Positions 40,572-48,425 of a stretch of DNA of 64,000 nt are shown here, in pieces (the stretch's first letter is position 1; each line of letters begins with the position of its first letter). The stretch covers positions 12,196 through 76,195 of the forward strand of contig JAHEKE010000009.1 in the NCBI GenBank assembly GCA_024638505.1. Reading direction: 5' to 3'. The translations under genes were made by a program, and so were the position numbers. This stretch comes from Gammaproteobacteria bacterium (GTDB taxonomy: Bacteria > Pseudomonadota > Gammaproteobacteria > Arenicellales > JAANXG01). The notes under the pieces are model-generated. The model did no database searches, had not been told where the DNA came from, and saw nothing but the letters and a program-made list of their open reading frames with translations.

Positions 40572-41657
40572 GTGAAGCGGCGCAGAGAAGTCAACGTTTT
40601 CGGGCTGTCCTTCCTGGACGTCATGTTTTGCGGTTTTGGTTCGGTCATTCTGCTGGTAATGATCATCAACTCGGAAACGCTGGCACAACGTAAAGAGGTA
40701 CATGAAGATCTTAGGGGCGAAGTGAAGCGTCTGCAGACGGAGGTTAATGTGGGGCAGGATTACCTGGTGCAGGTGCGTAATACCCTGACTCTGGTTAATC
40801 AGCAGAGCGCTGTGGCACAGGGTCGCGCACGTGAAGCGTTAGAGCAGATCAACCAGATCAAAATAGAACTGGCTGATCTGACCCGGCAGGCGCAGTCACA
40901 GATCGAGCATGTCAACCGTCTGAAATCAGATCTCAAGCAGGCGGAGGCCGACCGGCAGCAGCTGGCGAGCGAGAGGGAGCAGGCCGAGCAGCAGGGGCGC
41001 AACGTGCGCCGCTTCGTCGGGGAAGGGGACCGCCAGTACCTGACTGGCCTGAAGATTGGTGGAAAAAGAATCCTGATTCTGCTCGACGCATCAGCCAGCA
41101 TGCTCGACGAGACGATAGTCAACATACTGCGTTTACGTAACCTCCCGGCAAGCACTAGACGGAATGCGGAAAAATGGCAGCGTGCGTTAAGAACAGTGGA
41201 GTGGTTGCTGAGCCAGATACCGAGCACCAGCAGCTTTCAAGTACTGGTGTTCAACGCAGAAACCAGCGCTGTGCATAGCGAGAAGCAGTGGCTTCAACCC
41301 GTTGCAAACAATCTCGATCAGGTCATCGCCGGCCTGAGTCTAATGGCCCCATCAGGCGGAACCAGTCTGTTTAATGCATTTGACACCATTAAACAGATTG
41401 CCCCCAAACCTGACAACGTCATTTTGGTAACCGACGGTTTACCGACGCAAGGAAAATCGAAGCACAGCGGGGGGCGGGTTTCGGGCAAGCAGCGCCTTGA
41501 GTATTTCAAGCAGGCTACCAGAAGATTGCCAAAAAACGTCCCGGTCAACACCATCTTGTTTCCCATTGAAGGCGATCCGCTGGCGGCCAGTGAATTTTGG
41601 AAGCTGGCGGTCGACAGCGGCGGATCATTCATGAGTCCATCGAGTGACTGGCCATGA
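40572..41657 (+). CDS. Bitopic protein: ExbD/TolR-like N-terminal TM helix + coiled coil + vWA domain (paralog 1)
   Basis: The GTG 40572 start was chosen by analogy with the paralog (MKRRREVNVFGLSFLDVMFCGFGSVILLVMII versus MKRHRRGLQVFSISFLDVVCSAFGAIILVLVL). An Asp lies in the TM helix at 40617-40619. A heptad-rich segment of about 110 aa follows. The vWA domain has a complete MIDAS motif (LLDASASM ... GGTSL ... VTDGLP). Confidence 0.75.
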   Translation: MKRRREVNVFGLSFLDVMFCGFGSVILLVMIINSETLAQRKEVHEDLRGEVKRLQTEVNVGQDYLVQVRNTLTLVNQQSAVAQGRAREALEQINQIKIELADLTRQAQSQIEHVNRLKSDLKQAEADRQQLASEREQAEQQGRNVRRFVGEGDRQYLTGLKIGGKRILILLDASASMLDETIVNILRLRNLPASTRRNAEKWQRALRTVEWLLSQIPSTSSFQVLVFNAETSAVHSEKQWLQPVANNLDQVIAGLSLMAPSGGTSLFNAFDTIKQIAPKPDNVILVTDGLPTQGKSKHSGGRVSGKQRLEYFKQATRRLPKNVPVNTILFPIEGDPLAASEFWKLAVDSGGSFMSPSSDWP

Positions 41658-42661
41658 AGCGACACCGACGGGGGTTGCAGGTTTTCAGTATCTCTTTCCT
41701 GGATGTAGTGTGTTCAGCCTTCGGCGCCATCATTCTAGTATTGGTTCTGTCAAAGACTGGGGAACCGCGGGTTTTGGAAAAGCTGGGCGCTGATTTGCAG
41801 GGCGTCGTAGCGGATTTACAGCAGAAGCTGTATGAAATCCGTGGTGAGACGCAGGTTTTGAATCGAGACCTGGAAAGAAAGCAACCTCAACTCTCACAGT
41901 CCCGAGAGAATCTGGCCCGCCTGCTGCAGGATTTGTCGGTAAAGCGTGGAGAATATGAAGACACGTCGGAGCAATTGGAGACGCAGCGCCTCATAGCGGG
42001 CAAGTTGGCGTCGGCTCGCCAGTCTCTCAGCGAGGAGATGAGGCGTTTACTTGGTAGTGATTACCGGCGTAAGGCCGATGACACCACGGTCGGCGGTATT
42101 CCTGCAGACAGTCAGTACATCATATTCATAATTGATACTTCTGCCAGCATGTTTAATTACAGTTGGGGCCTTATGCAGAAAAAAGTTGAAGAAACGCTGG
42201 ATATTTATCCCGCTGTCAAGGGTATACAGGTTATGAATGACATGGGACAGTATATGTATTCGCAGTACTCAGGCAGATGGATTCCCGACACGCCAGCTCG
42301 TCGGAAGGCCATTCTGCGACGGTTGGCAAGCTGGAATCCTTTCAGCAATAGCAGTCCGGTGGAGGGAATCACGGTTGCCATTCGCACCTTTTATGAGCCC
42401 GGCAAGCCTATCAGTCTTTATGTGCTGGGCGATGAATTCTCGACCGGCTCTATCGAACAAGTAGTAAAAACCGTGGATAGATTCAACCGGGCGGACAAAG
42501 ATGGCAAGCGCCTGGTGCGCATTCACGCCGTTGGCTTTCCCGTTCAGTTTCAGCGTGGGGATGGACAAGATGCGACCGGTGTACGCTTCGCTGCACTGAT
42601 GCGTATACTGTGCGCACGCAACGGAGGCACTTTTGTTGGACTGAATCGCATTAGCCCTTAA
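41654..42661 (+). CDS. Bitopic protein: ExbD/TolR-like N-terminal TM helix + coiled coil + vWA domain (paralog 2)
   Basis: 335 aa with a 4-nt ATGA overlap with paralog 1. It has the same N-terminal SFLDV TM motif, with Asp at 41702-41704. A coiled coil follows. The vWA domain carries IIDTSASM (DxSxS) and VLGDEFS. Confidence 0.75.
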   Translation: MKRHRRGLQVFSISFLDVVCSAFGAIILVLVLSKTGEPRVLEKLGADLQGVVADLQQKLYEIRGETQVLNRDLERKQPQLSQSRENLARLLQDLSVKRGEYEDTSEQLETQRLIAGKLASARQSLSEEMRRLLGSDYRRKADDTTVGGIPADSQYIIFIIDTSASMFNYSWGLMQKKVEETLDIYPAVKGIQVMNDMGQYMYSQYSGRWIPDTPARRKAILRRLASWNPFSNSSPVEGITVAIRTFYEPGKPISLYVLGDEFSTGSIEQVVKTVDRFNRADKDGKRLVRIHAVGFPVQFQRGDGQDATGVRFAALMRILCARNGGTFVGLNRISP

Positions 42662-42696
42662 GACCCGCCCACACGGCTTTGCTTTTGATCACGACT

Positions 42697-42710
42697 TTGA
42701 CTTGAATCAA
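42697..42710. promoter_or_regulatory. FNR/ANR-type box TTGAC-ttga-ATCAA (reverse complement of TTGAT-N4-GTCAA)
   Basis: 9 of 10 positions match the consensus. A TATGCT hexamer at 42732-42737 lies 31 bp downstream. The box centre is about 170 nt upstream of the DksA/TraR-like gene, so a long leader would be required. Confidence 0.35.
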
Positions 42711-42873
42711 TGCCGTCAGCGCCGCTGGCTATATGCTATGAAGCAATCATCTGAGCTCATGCGCAAAAGCAGAAGGTTGACATGAATCGGATGGGGTGAC
42801 GCCTATTGCAACGGATAGTAAGATGCCAACCCCATCGACGCGGATTTAGGTAAAGTGATATACGGTAAAGAAA

Positions 42874-43281
42874 ATGGCGACTGAGATACCACTAAAGGCC
42901 GAAGATATTGTGCTTCTGCAAAAGCGTCTGGCTGGCGAGCTTGAGCAGTTAAAAAAGGAGATTAACGCAGAGCTGGAGCGGGATGATCTCTCAAGATACA
43001 CCTCCATAATCGACGAAGTCAGGGACCGCGGTGACCAGTCAGTCGCAGATCTTTATTCCGATTTGGAGCTGCATCTGGTCGAGCGGCAAGTTGAAAGGCT
43101 GGGGGATGTGGAGCGTGCTCTGCAGCGCATCGAAGATAAAGCCTTCGGTATCTGTGAAGATTGTTCGCTAGCGATAAGTAAGCCGAGGCTCGAGGCCGAC
43201 CCAACAGTGCGCCGTTGTGTAAGCTGTCAAACTCGGGTGGAAAATGTGCCCAGCGCGAAAGATGTTACTCCCTCTCTCTAG
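42874..43281 (+). CDS. DksA/TraR-family C4-type zinc-finger protein
   Basis: 135 aa. It has a coiled-coil N-terminal region with a DRGDQS tip-like motif and the C-terminal zinc finger CEDC...(17 aa)...CVSC. Confidence 0.8.
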   Translation: MATEIPLKAEDIVLLQKRLAGELEQLKKEINAELERDDLSRYTSIIDEVRDRGDQSVADLYSDLELHLVERQVERLGDVERALQRIEDKAFGICEDCSLAISKPRLEADPTVRRCVSCQTRVENVPSAKDVTPSL

Positions 43282-43291
43282 AGTCTTGTTC

Positions 43292-43714
43292 CTAGCGGCG
43301 AATGTGACAAGCAATACAGCTGCCTGACAAGCGTCCGGCGAGATAATAGTTTGGCGGTTCTGCTGCCACTGCTTTGCGTGCGGCCTCGACGTTGTATTTG
43401 AACTGGTCGATGTTTTCATCAATAAAAAGGTGGTTAGTTTTTTGCGTCCCTGCTCCGAGCTCAATTGCCTCCTGCTCGATTTGCTGCAGCAAGCTGATTA
43501 TTCTTTCTCTCTGGTAACCGCTGATGTGCTCGTTGCTGTCAAATATATCGTTGATGGTCCACATGCTGGTATTTAATTTCTGCATGGTACCTTTAATCTT
43601 ACTGTCATCAAGATAAACCATATTCGGCGGGTATGTTCTCATTCCCACCTGTACGCAGCCGAAGAGGAAGGCCAGGGCGATGCAACAAGCTAGGGCGATT
43701 CGAAGGGCGTGCAT
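43292..43714 (-). CDS. Class II (cytochrome c'-like four-helix-bundle) c-type cytochrome, lipoprotein
   Basis: 140 aa with the lipobox ALAFLFGC. It is predicted to be all-helical. A single heme-binding CxxCH (CIACH) lies 3 residues from the C-terminus, the arrangement diagnostic of class II cytochromes c. Confidence 0.6.
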   Translation of the reverse strand: MHALRIALACCIALAFLFGCVQVGMRTYPPNMVYLDDSKIKGTMQKLNTSMWTINDIFDSNEHISGYQRERIISLLQQIEQEAIELGAGTQKTNHLFIDENIDQFKYNVEAARKAVAAEPPNYYLAGRLSGSCIACHIRR

Positions 43715-43804
43715 GACAGAGTTACTCCTGTGACAAACTTATGACGGGATTTCGCTATGCTTGTGGTTTCAAGCTAATGCTACCTGTCGTAAGATTGAGC
43801 AATG

Positions 43805-43818
43805 TTGATTTAAGTCAA
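43805..43818. promoter_or_regulatory. FNR/ANR-type box TTGAT-ttaa-GTCAA in the divergent cytochrome c'-like / hemerythrin promoter region
   Basis: 9 of 10 positions match the consensus. A TAATTT hexamer at 43841-43846 is centred exactly 32 bp downstream toward the hemerythrin gene (ATG 43872). TAGCAT (minus strand, 43782-43777) lies 32 bp away on the other side, toward the cytochrome gene. Confidence 0.5.
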
Positions 43819-43871
43819 TACGAATCGTGTGCGAACACGGTAATTTTTATCAATCTGTAGGATCGATAGGC

Positions 43872-44453
43872 ATGAGTAATCTAATCTCGCAAATTTATCA
43901 AGATCACCTGCACATGGCGCGGATCTTGAAACTGATAAAAAGTGAAATCGATGCCTTAATCGCTGAGGAACCGAGGGACCTTGAAGTACTGGATGATGCA
44001 TTGCGTTACTTAATCAACTACGCCGATAAAATTCATCATGCCAAGGAAGATATTATCTTTCACCGACTGCAACAAGTTGACCCAGCCAGCAGAGAGGTAC
44101 TAAACGATATTTTCAGCGAACACCAGGAGCTGTTCACCAAAGGCACTGAGTTTCAGCATCTTGTGCGGGCAGTGGAAATAGGTGATTTTGTCTTGCGCAA
44201 AGAGATCGTGGCGAAAGGAAAAGCGTATACTGATGCGCTGTTTTCGCACATGCGAAAGGAAGAAGAAAACATACTAAAAAGGGCGCAAGAGAAGCTGTCG
44301 GAGGAGGATCTCGCAGAACTTGATTTGGATCATCTCACCGCTACCGATCCTCTTTTCGGCGAAGAGGTGCAGAAAGAATACCAAGATTTATACAATTACA
44401 TCTTGGATCAATATGGCGAAGACTGGCGTCACCCAGCACATCGCGTAGTTTGA
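43872..44453 (+). CDS. Hemerythrin-like (HHE cation-binding) domain protein
   Basis: From ATG 43872 the protein begins MSNLISQIYQDHLHM.... It has the spaced His/Glu ligand motifs of hemerythrin-like domains: DHLH, HHAKED, EHQE and HMRKEE. Confidence 0.75.
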   Translation: MSNLISQIYQDHLHMARILKLIKSEIDALIAEEPRDLEVLDDALRYLINYADKIHHAKEDIIFHRLQQVDPASREVLNDIFSEHQELFTKGTEFQHLVRAVEIGDFVLRKEIVAKGKAYTDALFSHMRKEEENILKRAQEKLSEEDLAELDLDHLTATDPLFGEEVQKEYQDLYNYILDQYGEDWRHPAHRVV

Positions 44454-44493
44454 TAACGTTCCCGTGGGTGCTGCCTGTCAGCCGGTATCGGTA

Positions 44494-46053
44494 ATGGCAG
44501 ATAGCGCTGTCGCCCGATTTCCCCCGCTGGTGCGGTCGCTGTGTGAGCGCTCGCTTTATGACCACCCGGTTAATGATATACAAGTCCTGGAGACCCACAT
44601 TTCGTACGTCATTCTCACCGGCCCCTACGCTTATAAGCTGAAAAAACCCGTGCAGTTGCCTTTCCTCGACTTCAGCAGCGTCGAATTGCGCAGATTCTAT
44701 TGTAAGGAGGAGCTGCGCTTGAACCAGCGCCTGGCCCCTGACTTGTATCTGGCTGTGGTCCCTGTTACCGGTAGTGACAGGGCTCCTCAGCTGAGCGGGA
44801 GCGGCGACGTCATCGACTATCTAGTGAAGATGATTCAGTTCGACACCAGCCAGGAATTAGATGCAGTGCTGCGGCATAGCGATCTCGACCGCGGGCTGGT
44901 ATTGACGCTGGCAGAGCGACTGGCGGCATTTCATCAGAGTGTCGATTCGAGCACCGATCAGGACTTCGGATCGCACCAGATCGTAGGGCGCTGCATCAGG
45001 GACAATTTCAAAGCGATCCTGCCATGCGTGAAGTCGAATAACCGCGATAAAGTGAGTCCGTTGCGGCAATGGGTTGATGCACAGCTGCGTGCGCATAGAA
45101 ATACTATAGCCAGGAGAAAACAGGACGGTTTTGTCCGCGAATGCCATGGTGATTTGCATCTGGGCAACATGGTGATTATAGGCGGCAGTATCCGCATGTT
45201 TGATTGTCTGGAATTCAACGCACATCTGAGATGGATAGATGTAATCAGCGAGATTGCGTTCTTAGTAATGGACTTCGATCATCAGCGACGCAGCGATCTT
45301 GGTTATTTATTGTTGAATCGCTATTTACAGGTGACCGGAGACTATGCCGGACTTGAAATGTTGCCTTTGTACTTAGTGTATCGCGCTATGGTGCGGGCTA
45401 AAGTCGTATGCATCAAATCGCTGCAATCGATGGATCGATCCGCCACGCCTCCATCACTGCTGGCCTACTTCGAGTTAGCGCAGGGCTACACGCGTCTCCC
45501 GCCTCCTCGATTATTTATTACCCACGGAGTGTCTGGCTCTGGTAAAAGCTGGTTATCGGAGCGCGTCACGGCGCTGCTCCCCGCCATCCACATACGATCG
45601 GACATCGAAAGACGCCGTTCTGCATCTCTCACGGCTGACGAATCCATGGATGATTCATCCGTTCGATACGATACGGAAAACGTCGAGCTTATTTATGACG
45701 AGTTATGGCGCTTAGCGCAAGTAATACTTAGCGCCGGTTTTACCGTGGTGGTTGATGCAACATTCTTGCTTGCTGCGCGGCGGGAACGATTTCGGCAGCT
45801 GGCAGTCAACATGAAAGCATCGTTTAGAATTCTAGATTTCCAGTGCGCGCAAACTGTGCTGTATGAACGTGTCGCCAAGCGCAAGCGGGAAGGAAAGGAT
45901 CCATCCGAGGCAACGGTGGAAGTTCTCAACAAGCAGCTGCAACATGCGCAGGCGCTGAGCACTGCGGAGCAAAAAGACTCTATATCAATACATAGTGATG
46001 AGGAAATTGATGTCTCGGCCCTGGCCAAACGTATATTGCGCAGCGTCGCATAA
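44494..46053 (+). CDS. Bifunctional aminoglycoside-phosphotransferase-like kinase domain / P-loop (AAA_33-type) kinase domain protein
   Basis: About 519 aa from ATG 44494; a GTG at 44464 is also possible. The N-terminal APH/protein-kinase-like fold carries HGDLHLGNM and ...FDCLEFN.... The C-terminal P-loop is GVSGSGKS. Confidence 0.75.
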   Translation: MADSAVARFPPLVRSLCERSLYDHPVNDIQVLETHISYVILTGPYAYKLKKPVQLPFLDFSSVELRRFYCKEELRLNQRLAPDLYLAVVPVTGSDRAPQLSGSGDVIDYLVKMIQFDTSQELDAVLRHSDLDRGLVLTLAERLAAFHQSVDSSTDQDFGSHQIVGRCIRDNFKAILPCVKSNNRDKVSPLRQWVDAQLRAHRNTIARRKQDGFVRECHGDLHLGNMVIIGGSIRMFDCLEFNAHLRWIDVISEIAFLVMDFDHQRRSDLGYLLLNRYLQVTGDYAGLEMLPLYLVYRAMVRAKVVCIKSLQSMDRSATPPSLLAYFELAQGYTRLPPPRLFITHGVSGSGKSWLSERVTALLPAIHIRSDIERRRSASLTADESMDDSSVRYDTENVELIYDELWRLAQVILSAGFTVVVDATFLLAARRERFRQLAVNMKASFRILDFQCAQTVLYERVAKRKREGKDPSEATVEVLNKQLQHAQALSTAEQKDSISIHSDEEIDVSALAKRILRSVA

Positions 46054-46227
46054 AGGTCAGACCACCATCCACTCAACTTGATTCGATTGTATAATGAGGC
46101 TAACGACTTGCAGTCTTCTTGAAGTCGAGACAACAAGCACAGAACATCCAAAAATCTTTTGGCCGGGTGCGGATCGTTGTCTAAATAGTGCAGTAACCGA
46201 CATCACAGCGATAATGCCAACGGAAAC

Positions 46228-46848
46228 GTGGAGTTAAAAGTAGAAAATCTTGGCTGCGAAAGAAACGACCGATGGCTATTTTCAAAAATGAGTTTTGAGC
46301 TCAAGTCGGGAGAGCTGCTGCAGATTGACGGAGCAAACGGCAGCGGGAAAACTACGCTGCTTCGCACCGTGTGTGGGTTGGTGCCGGCTGATGAGGGAAA
46401 TGTCTACTGGTGCAACCGGCCTATCCAGCAAAATCGTCAAGGCTACTTTTCGCAACTGGCTTTCGTTGGCCACAAACACGGCATAAAGGATGAGTTGACC
46501 GCCGCAGAGAATCTGGAAATTGATCAGATCCTGGCCGCCAACCCTTCCAGTGTTTCTGTGCGGGAGGCCCTCGGTCGATTGGGCATTGGCGAATGCCGGC
46601 ACCAGCTGTGCCGTGAGCTGTCAGCGGGCCAGCGCCAGCGAGTTGCTCTGGCTCGTTTGCTGGTCTCTATCGCGCATTTTTGGGTGCTGGATGAGCCGTT
46701 GACCGCGCTTGACCAGGAAGCGCAGCGGACCGTGTGCGACCTGGTTGGTCAACATATTGCTGCCGGTGGCATGGTGCTGCTGACCAGTCATCAAAAATTG
46801 GATTGGAGCGGTCAGGCGCACCGGATCATTAAGTTGGGAAATGCGTAA
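46228..46848 (+). CDS. ccmA: Cytochrome c biogenesis heme exporter, ATP-binding subunit
   Basis: 206 aa with a GTG start. It has Walker A GANGSGKTTLLR, the signature LSAGQRQR and Walker B WVLDEP. It is the first gene of the ccm order. Confidence 0.92.
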   Translation: MELKVENLGCERNDRWLFSKMSFELKSGELLQIDGANGSGKTTLLRTVCGLVPADEGNVYWCNRPIQQNRQGYFSQLAFVGHKHGIKDELTAAENLEIDQILAANPSSVSVREALGRLGIGECRHQLCRELSAGQRQRVALARLLVSIAHFWVLDEPLTALDQEAQRTVCDLVGQHIAAGGMVLLTSHQKLDWSGQAHRIIKLGNA

Positions 46849-47530
46849 ACAGCAGACTTTCAGCATATTCACCGGGATTTTACGACGCGACCTCAAGCTG
46901 GCGGTACGGGCGCCCAGCCAATGGATCAATCCTCTGCTGTTCTTCTTAATCGCCGTAAGTTTGTTTCCGCTGGGCGTAGGGCCGGAGCAGAATATGCTCA
47001 GGGAGATTGCTCCCGGCGTCATTTGGGTAGCCGCCTTGTTGGCGGCCATGCTGGCGCAGGACAGCCTTTTTCGAGCGGATTTTGAAGACGGTTCTTTAGA
47101 ACAGATGTTAATCAGCTCTCGCCCGATGAGTATGATCATCATGGCGAAGGTGCTGGCACACTGGCTGGTTACCGGCCTGCCGCTGATTGTGTTATCCCCA
47201 GTTTTGTCTATTCTCATGGGCTTATCGCTAGTCGGCTGGTGGGCCTTACTCTTGACCTTGCTGCTCGGTACCCCCATCTTAAGCCTGTTGGGGGCAGTTG
47301 GTGCTGCTCTAGTGGTTAGCGTAAAGCGAGGCGGGGTATTGTTGTCGCTACTTGTTTTGCCTTTGTGCATCCCGGTTCTTATATTCGCCACCGCCGTGGT
47401 GCAAACCGCCGGTGTCGGTCTGGCTATTGAAGGTCAGGTTTCCTTGCTCGGGGCGCTGTTGGCGTTAAGCGTCACCCTGTCTCCTATTGCAATAGCCGGC
47501 GCGCTGCGCGTCACGGGTGGGGCGGCGTAA
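46841..47530 (+). CDS. ccmB: Heme exporter permease CcmB
   Basis: 229 aa and polytopic, with ...FEDGSLEQML.... It overlaps ccmA by 8 nt. Confidence 0.92.
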   Translation: MRKQQTFSIFTGILRRDLKLAVRAPSQWINPLLFFLIAVSLFPLGVGPEQNMLREIAPGVIWVAALLAAMLAQDSLFRADFEDGSLEQMLISSRPMSMIIMAKVLAHWLVTGLPLIVLSPVLSILMGLSLVGWWALLLTLLLGTPILSLLGAVGAALVVSVKRGGVLLSLLVLPLCIPVLIFATAVVQTAGVGLAIEGQVSLLGALLALSVTLSPIAIAGALRVTGGAA

Positions 47531-48273
47531 TGTGGACCTGGGCGCATAAGTTCGGTTCGCCGGGTTATTTTTATGCGTTAGCTGGCAAAGTGAATCCGTG
47601 GCTGACTGCTCTGTATATCGCACTTTTTGCGACAGGACTTTACCTTGGTCTGGTGGTAGCACCAACTGATTACCAGCAGGGCGACAGCTATCGAATAATT
47701 TTTGTACACGTTCCCTCTGCGTGGATGTCAATGTTCGTTTACGTGGTTATGGCGGTATTTGCTGCCATCGGGCTGATATGGCGGCTCAAACTGACCGCCG
47801 TACTGGCCAAGGCGTCGGCTCCGCTGGGCGCATCCTTTACCTTTTTGGCGCTGGCCACCGGCTCAATATGGGGTAAACCTATGTGGGGCACGTGGTGGGT
47901 ATGGGACGCACGCCTGACTTCAGAGTTGATACTGCTGTTTTTGTATCTTGGGTTCATGGCGCTGCAGGCGGCCATGCCCGATCGGCAGACGGCGTGGCGC
48001 GCGGGCGCCATCTTGTTACTGGTGGGAGTGGTCAATATTCCAATCATTCACTTCTCCGTGGATTGGTGGTATACACTGCATCAGCCGGCGACCATAACCA
48101 AGCTCGGCGCGCCTTCTATCCACCCCAGCATGCTGGTGCCGCTGCTCATTATGGCGGTTGCGTTCAAGGTGTTTTACCTATCGCTGCTGTTGTCCAGGGC
48201 GCGGGCGGAGATCCTTCATCGAGAGCGCAGAACCCGCTGGGTGCAGGAGCTGGCGAGGAGCGGACAGCTGTGA
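47530..48273 (+). CDS. ccmC: Heme exporter protein CcmC
   Basis: 247 aa with the WWD motif WGKPMWGTWWVWDARLT. Confidence 0.92.
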   Translation: MWTWAHKFGSPGYFYALAGKVNPWLTALYIALFATGLYLGLVVAPTDYQQGDSYRIIFVHVPSAWMSMFVYVVMAVFAAIGLIWRLKLTAVLAKASAPLGASFTFLALATGSIWGKPMWGTWWVWDARLTSELILLFLYLGFMALQAAMPDRQTAWRAGAILLLVGVVNIPIIHFSVDWWYTLHQPATITKLGAPSIHPSMLVPLLIMAVAFKVFYLSLLLSRARAEILHRERRTRWVQELARSGQL

Positions 48274-48425
48274 CCGAATTTTTATATATGGGAGGTTATG
48301 GTGGATACGTGTGGAGCGCCTATGGCTTGTGTCTGTTGGTTCTGCTGGCGAATGTGATTGCGGCACGCCTGCGCAACCACAACGCCAGACGGGAAGTCAA
48401 GAAGTATACGGGTAGAGAGCAATGA
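48270..48425 (+). CDS. ccmD: Heme exporter protein CcmD
   Basis: This small gene is hidden in the 3' end of an out-of-frame track ORF. It encodes (V)TEFLYMGGYGGYVWSAYGLCLLVLLANVIAARLRNHNARREVKKYTGREQ. A GTG at 48270 overlaps the ccmC stop, and ATG 48288 is an alternative start. The stop overlaps the ccmE ATG. Confidence 0.85.
   Translation: MTEFLYMGGYGGYVWSAYGLCLLVLLANVIAARLRNHNARREVKKYTGREQ

Noticed and set aside
39683-42661. Zorya-like anti-phage system (ZorA/ZorB)
   Set aside because: The MotA-like protein is only 273 aa and has no long ZorA tail. The partners lack a ZorB-type peptidoglycan-binding domain. No ZorC/ZorD-like helicase or nuclease genes are present.
35653-42661. Ordinary TonB-ExbB-ExbD or Tol-Pal cluster, or BatA-E/MoxR-vWA aerotolerance operon
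   Set aside because: - There is no TonB or TolA (Pro-rich or long-helix energy transducer) and no TolB/Pal.
- There is no MoxR AAA+ ATPase or DUF58 partner.
- The ExbD-like helices are fused to a coiled coil and a vWA domain rather than a TolR/ExbD periplasmic domain.
46621-47391. 256-aa ORF on the minus strand
   Set aside because: It is antisense to ccmA/ccmB, and its composition is low-complexity and Arg/Ser/Thr-rich. The ccm genes explain the region.
47883-48425. 180-aa plus-strand ORF overlapping ccmC out of frame
   Set aside because: Only its last 45-51 codons (48270/48288-48425) are real, and these are ccmD. The upstream part is an alternative frame of ccmC.
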